A DNA stretch of 64,000 bases from positions 18,538,001 to 18,602,000 of the forward strand of contig OZ059896.1 of NCBI GenBank assembly GCA_964057225.1, in the 5' to 3' direction. A program made the translations under genes and the position numbers. Positions 62,601 to 64,000 of this stretch are shown here, one piece after another. The notes beneath the pieces are model-generated. The model was not told the origin of the DNA. It worked only from the letters and a program-made list of their open reading frames with translations, and ran no database searches. Position 1 is the stretch's first letter; every line of letters starts with the position of its first letter. The DNA comes from Auanema rhodensis (Eukaryota; Animalia; Nematoda).

Positions 62601-64000
62601 CTATCAATACCTGATAGTTTACATGTTTTATTCTGTATTATCTCATACAATTGAAAAAAATACTAGCAGTAAAACAAATGCAGTGATAATATTCTCGAAA
62701 ATGTTCCTATTCAGAGTGAGAAAGTATCAAAAATTTCCCGAAAGTTTTCTCATAAGGTACTAAAATAAAAGTATTATTTCATATTATTATTTTTTCAGAC
62801 CTAGAATCGATAAAAAAAATCAACTACATTTTAGTGAGTTACTGGGTTGGGTTATACAAATTGTCTAATTTGAATGCGATTTAGATGGCCTTGTGGCCTA
62901 ATGGATAAGGCGTCGGACTTCGGATCCAAAGATTGTAGGTTCGAGTCCTACCAGGGTCGTTATTTTTTGTTTTAAAAAAATCATTACCTGATAGTTTACA
63001 TGTTTTATTCTGTATTATCTCATACAATTGAAAAAATACTAGCAGTAAAACAAATGCAGTGATAATATTCTCGAAAATGTTCCTATTCAGAGTGAGAAAG
63101 TATCAAAAATTTCCCGAAAGTTTTCTCATAAGGTACTAAAATAAAAATATTATTTCATATTATTATTTTTTCAGACCTAGAATCGATAAAAAATATCAAC
63201 TACATTTTAGTGAGTTACTGGGTTGGGTTATACAAAATGTCTAATTAGAATGCGATTTAGATGGCCTTGTGGCCTAATGGATAAGGCGTCGGACTTCGGA
63301 TCCGAAGATTGTAGGTTCGAGTCCTACCAGGGTCGTTATTTTTTGTTTTAAAAAAATCATTACCTGATAGTTTACATGTTTTATTCTGTATTATATCATA
63401 CAATTGAAAAAAATACTAGCAGTAAAACAAATGCAGTGATATTATTCTCGAGAATGTTCCTATTCAGAGTGAGAAAATATCAAAAATTTTCCGAAGGTTT
63501 TCTCATAAGGTACTAAAATAAAAGTATTATTTCATATTATTATTTTTTCAGACCTAGAATCGATAAAAAAATCAACTACATTTTAGTGAGTTACTGGGTT
63601 GGGTTATACAAATTGTCTAATTTGAATGCGATTTACATGGCCTTGTGGCCTAATGGATAAGGCGTCGGACTTCGGATCCGAAGATTGTAGGTTCGAGTCC
63701 TGCCAGGGTCGTTATTTTTTGTTTCAAAAAAATCATTACCTGATAGTTTACATGTTTTATTCTGTATTATCTCATACAATTGAAAAAAATACTAGCAGTA
63801 AAACAAATGCAGTGATAATATTCTCGAAAATGTTCCTATTCAGAGTGAGAAAGTATCAAAAATTTCCCGAAAGATTTCTCATAAGGTACTAAAATAAAAA
63901 TATTATTTCATATTATAATTTTTTCAGACCTAGAATCGATAAAAAATATCAACTACATTTTAGTGAGTTACTGGGTTGGGTTATACAAATTGTCTAATTA
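50616..64000 (+). tRNA. tRNA-Arg(TCG) tandem array, plus strand, 35 full-length copies (first 50843, last 63639-63711), continues past the window end
   Basis: 376-377-bp period; dimer (753 bp: 51583/52336/53089) and trimer (1130 bp: 59107/60237, 59457/60587) higher-order blocks. Confidence 0.97.

Noticed and set aside
28873-63892. Repeated 88-aa ORF MRF(T/R)WPCGLMDKASDFGSEDCRFESCQG...
   Set aside because: It is the translation of the tRNA-Arg gene plus spacer, and many units have a stop in it.
27192-64000. CRISPR-like repeat/spacer reading of the regular arrays
   Set aside because: The spacers are near-identical rather than unique, the unit is 377 bp, there are no cas genes, and the context is eukaryotic.

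Overview
AT-rich eukaryotic repeat-rich DNA, most likely from a nematode (42-47 bp introns with TTTCAG-type acceptors; tRNA-Gln relics resembling C. elegans tRNA-Gln). No intact host protein gene is visible. Left to right: (1) a ~477-bp satellite array with higher-order repeats (1-17.55 kb) that folds back into the opposite orientation; (2) an ~8.3-kb quasi-palindrome (17.9-26.2 kb) whose arms each carry a dead intron-containing hAT transposase and two decayed tRNA-Gln genes; (3) a tandem array of tRNA-Arg(TCG) genes (~377-bp unit, 63 full-length copies counted by eye), on the minus strand at 27.2-36.9 kb and on the plus strand from 36.9 kb to the window end; (4) an 11.5-kb young Ty3/gypsy-type LTR element (39130-50615, minus strand) inside that array. 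The element is the most notable system. Its three track ORFs are one reading frame (48751->40031) broken by two stops, ordered Gag, internal signal peptide, class III (herpesvirus gB/chuvirus G-like) fusion glycoprotein, TM, protease, RT, RNase H, integrase, so env lies between gag and pol in one polyprotein. Its LTRs end CG...CG rather than TG...CA, it has a tRNA-Gln primer site, and there is no target-site duplication. All protein calls come from motif recognition by eye; no searches were run.
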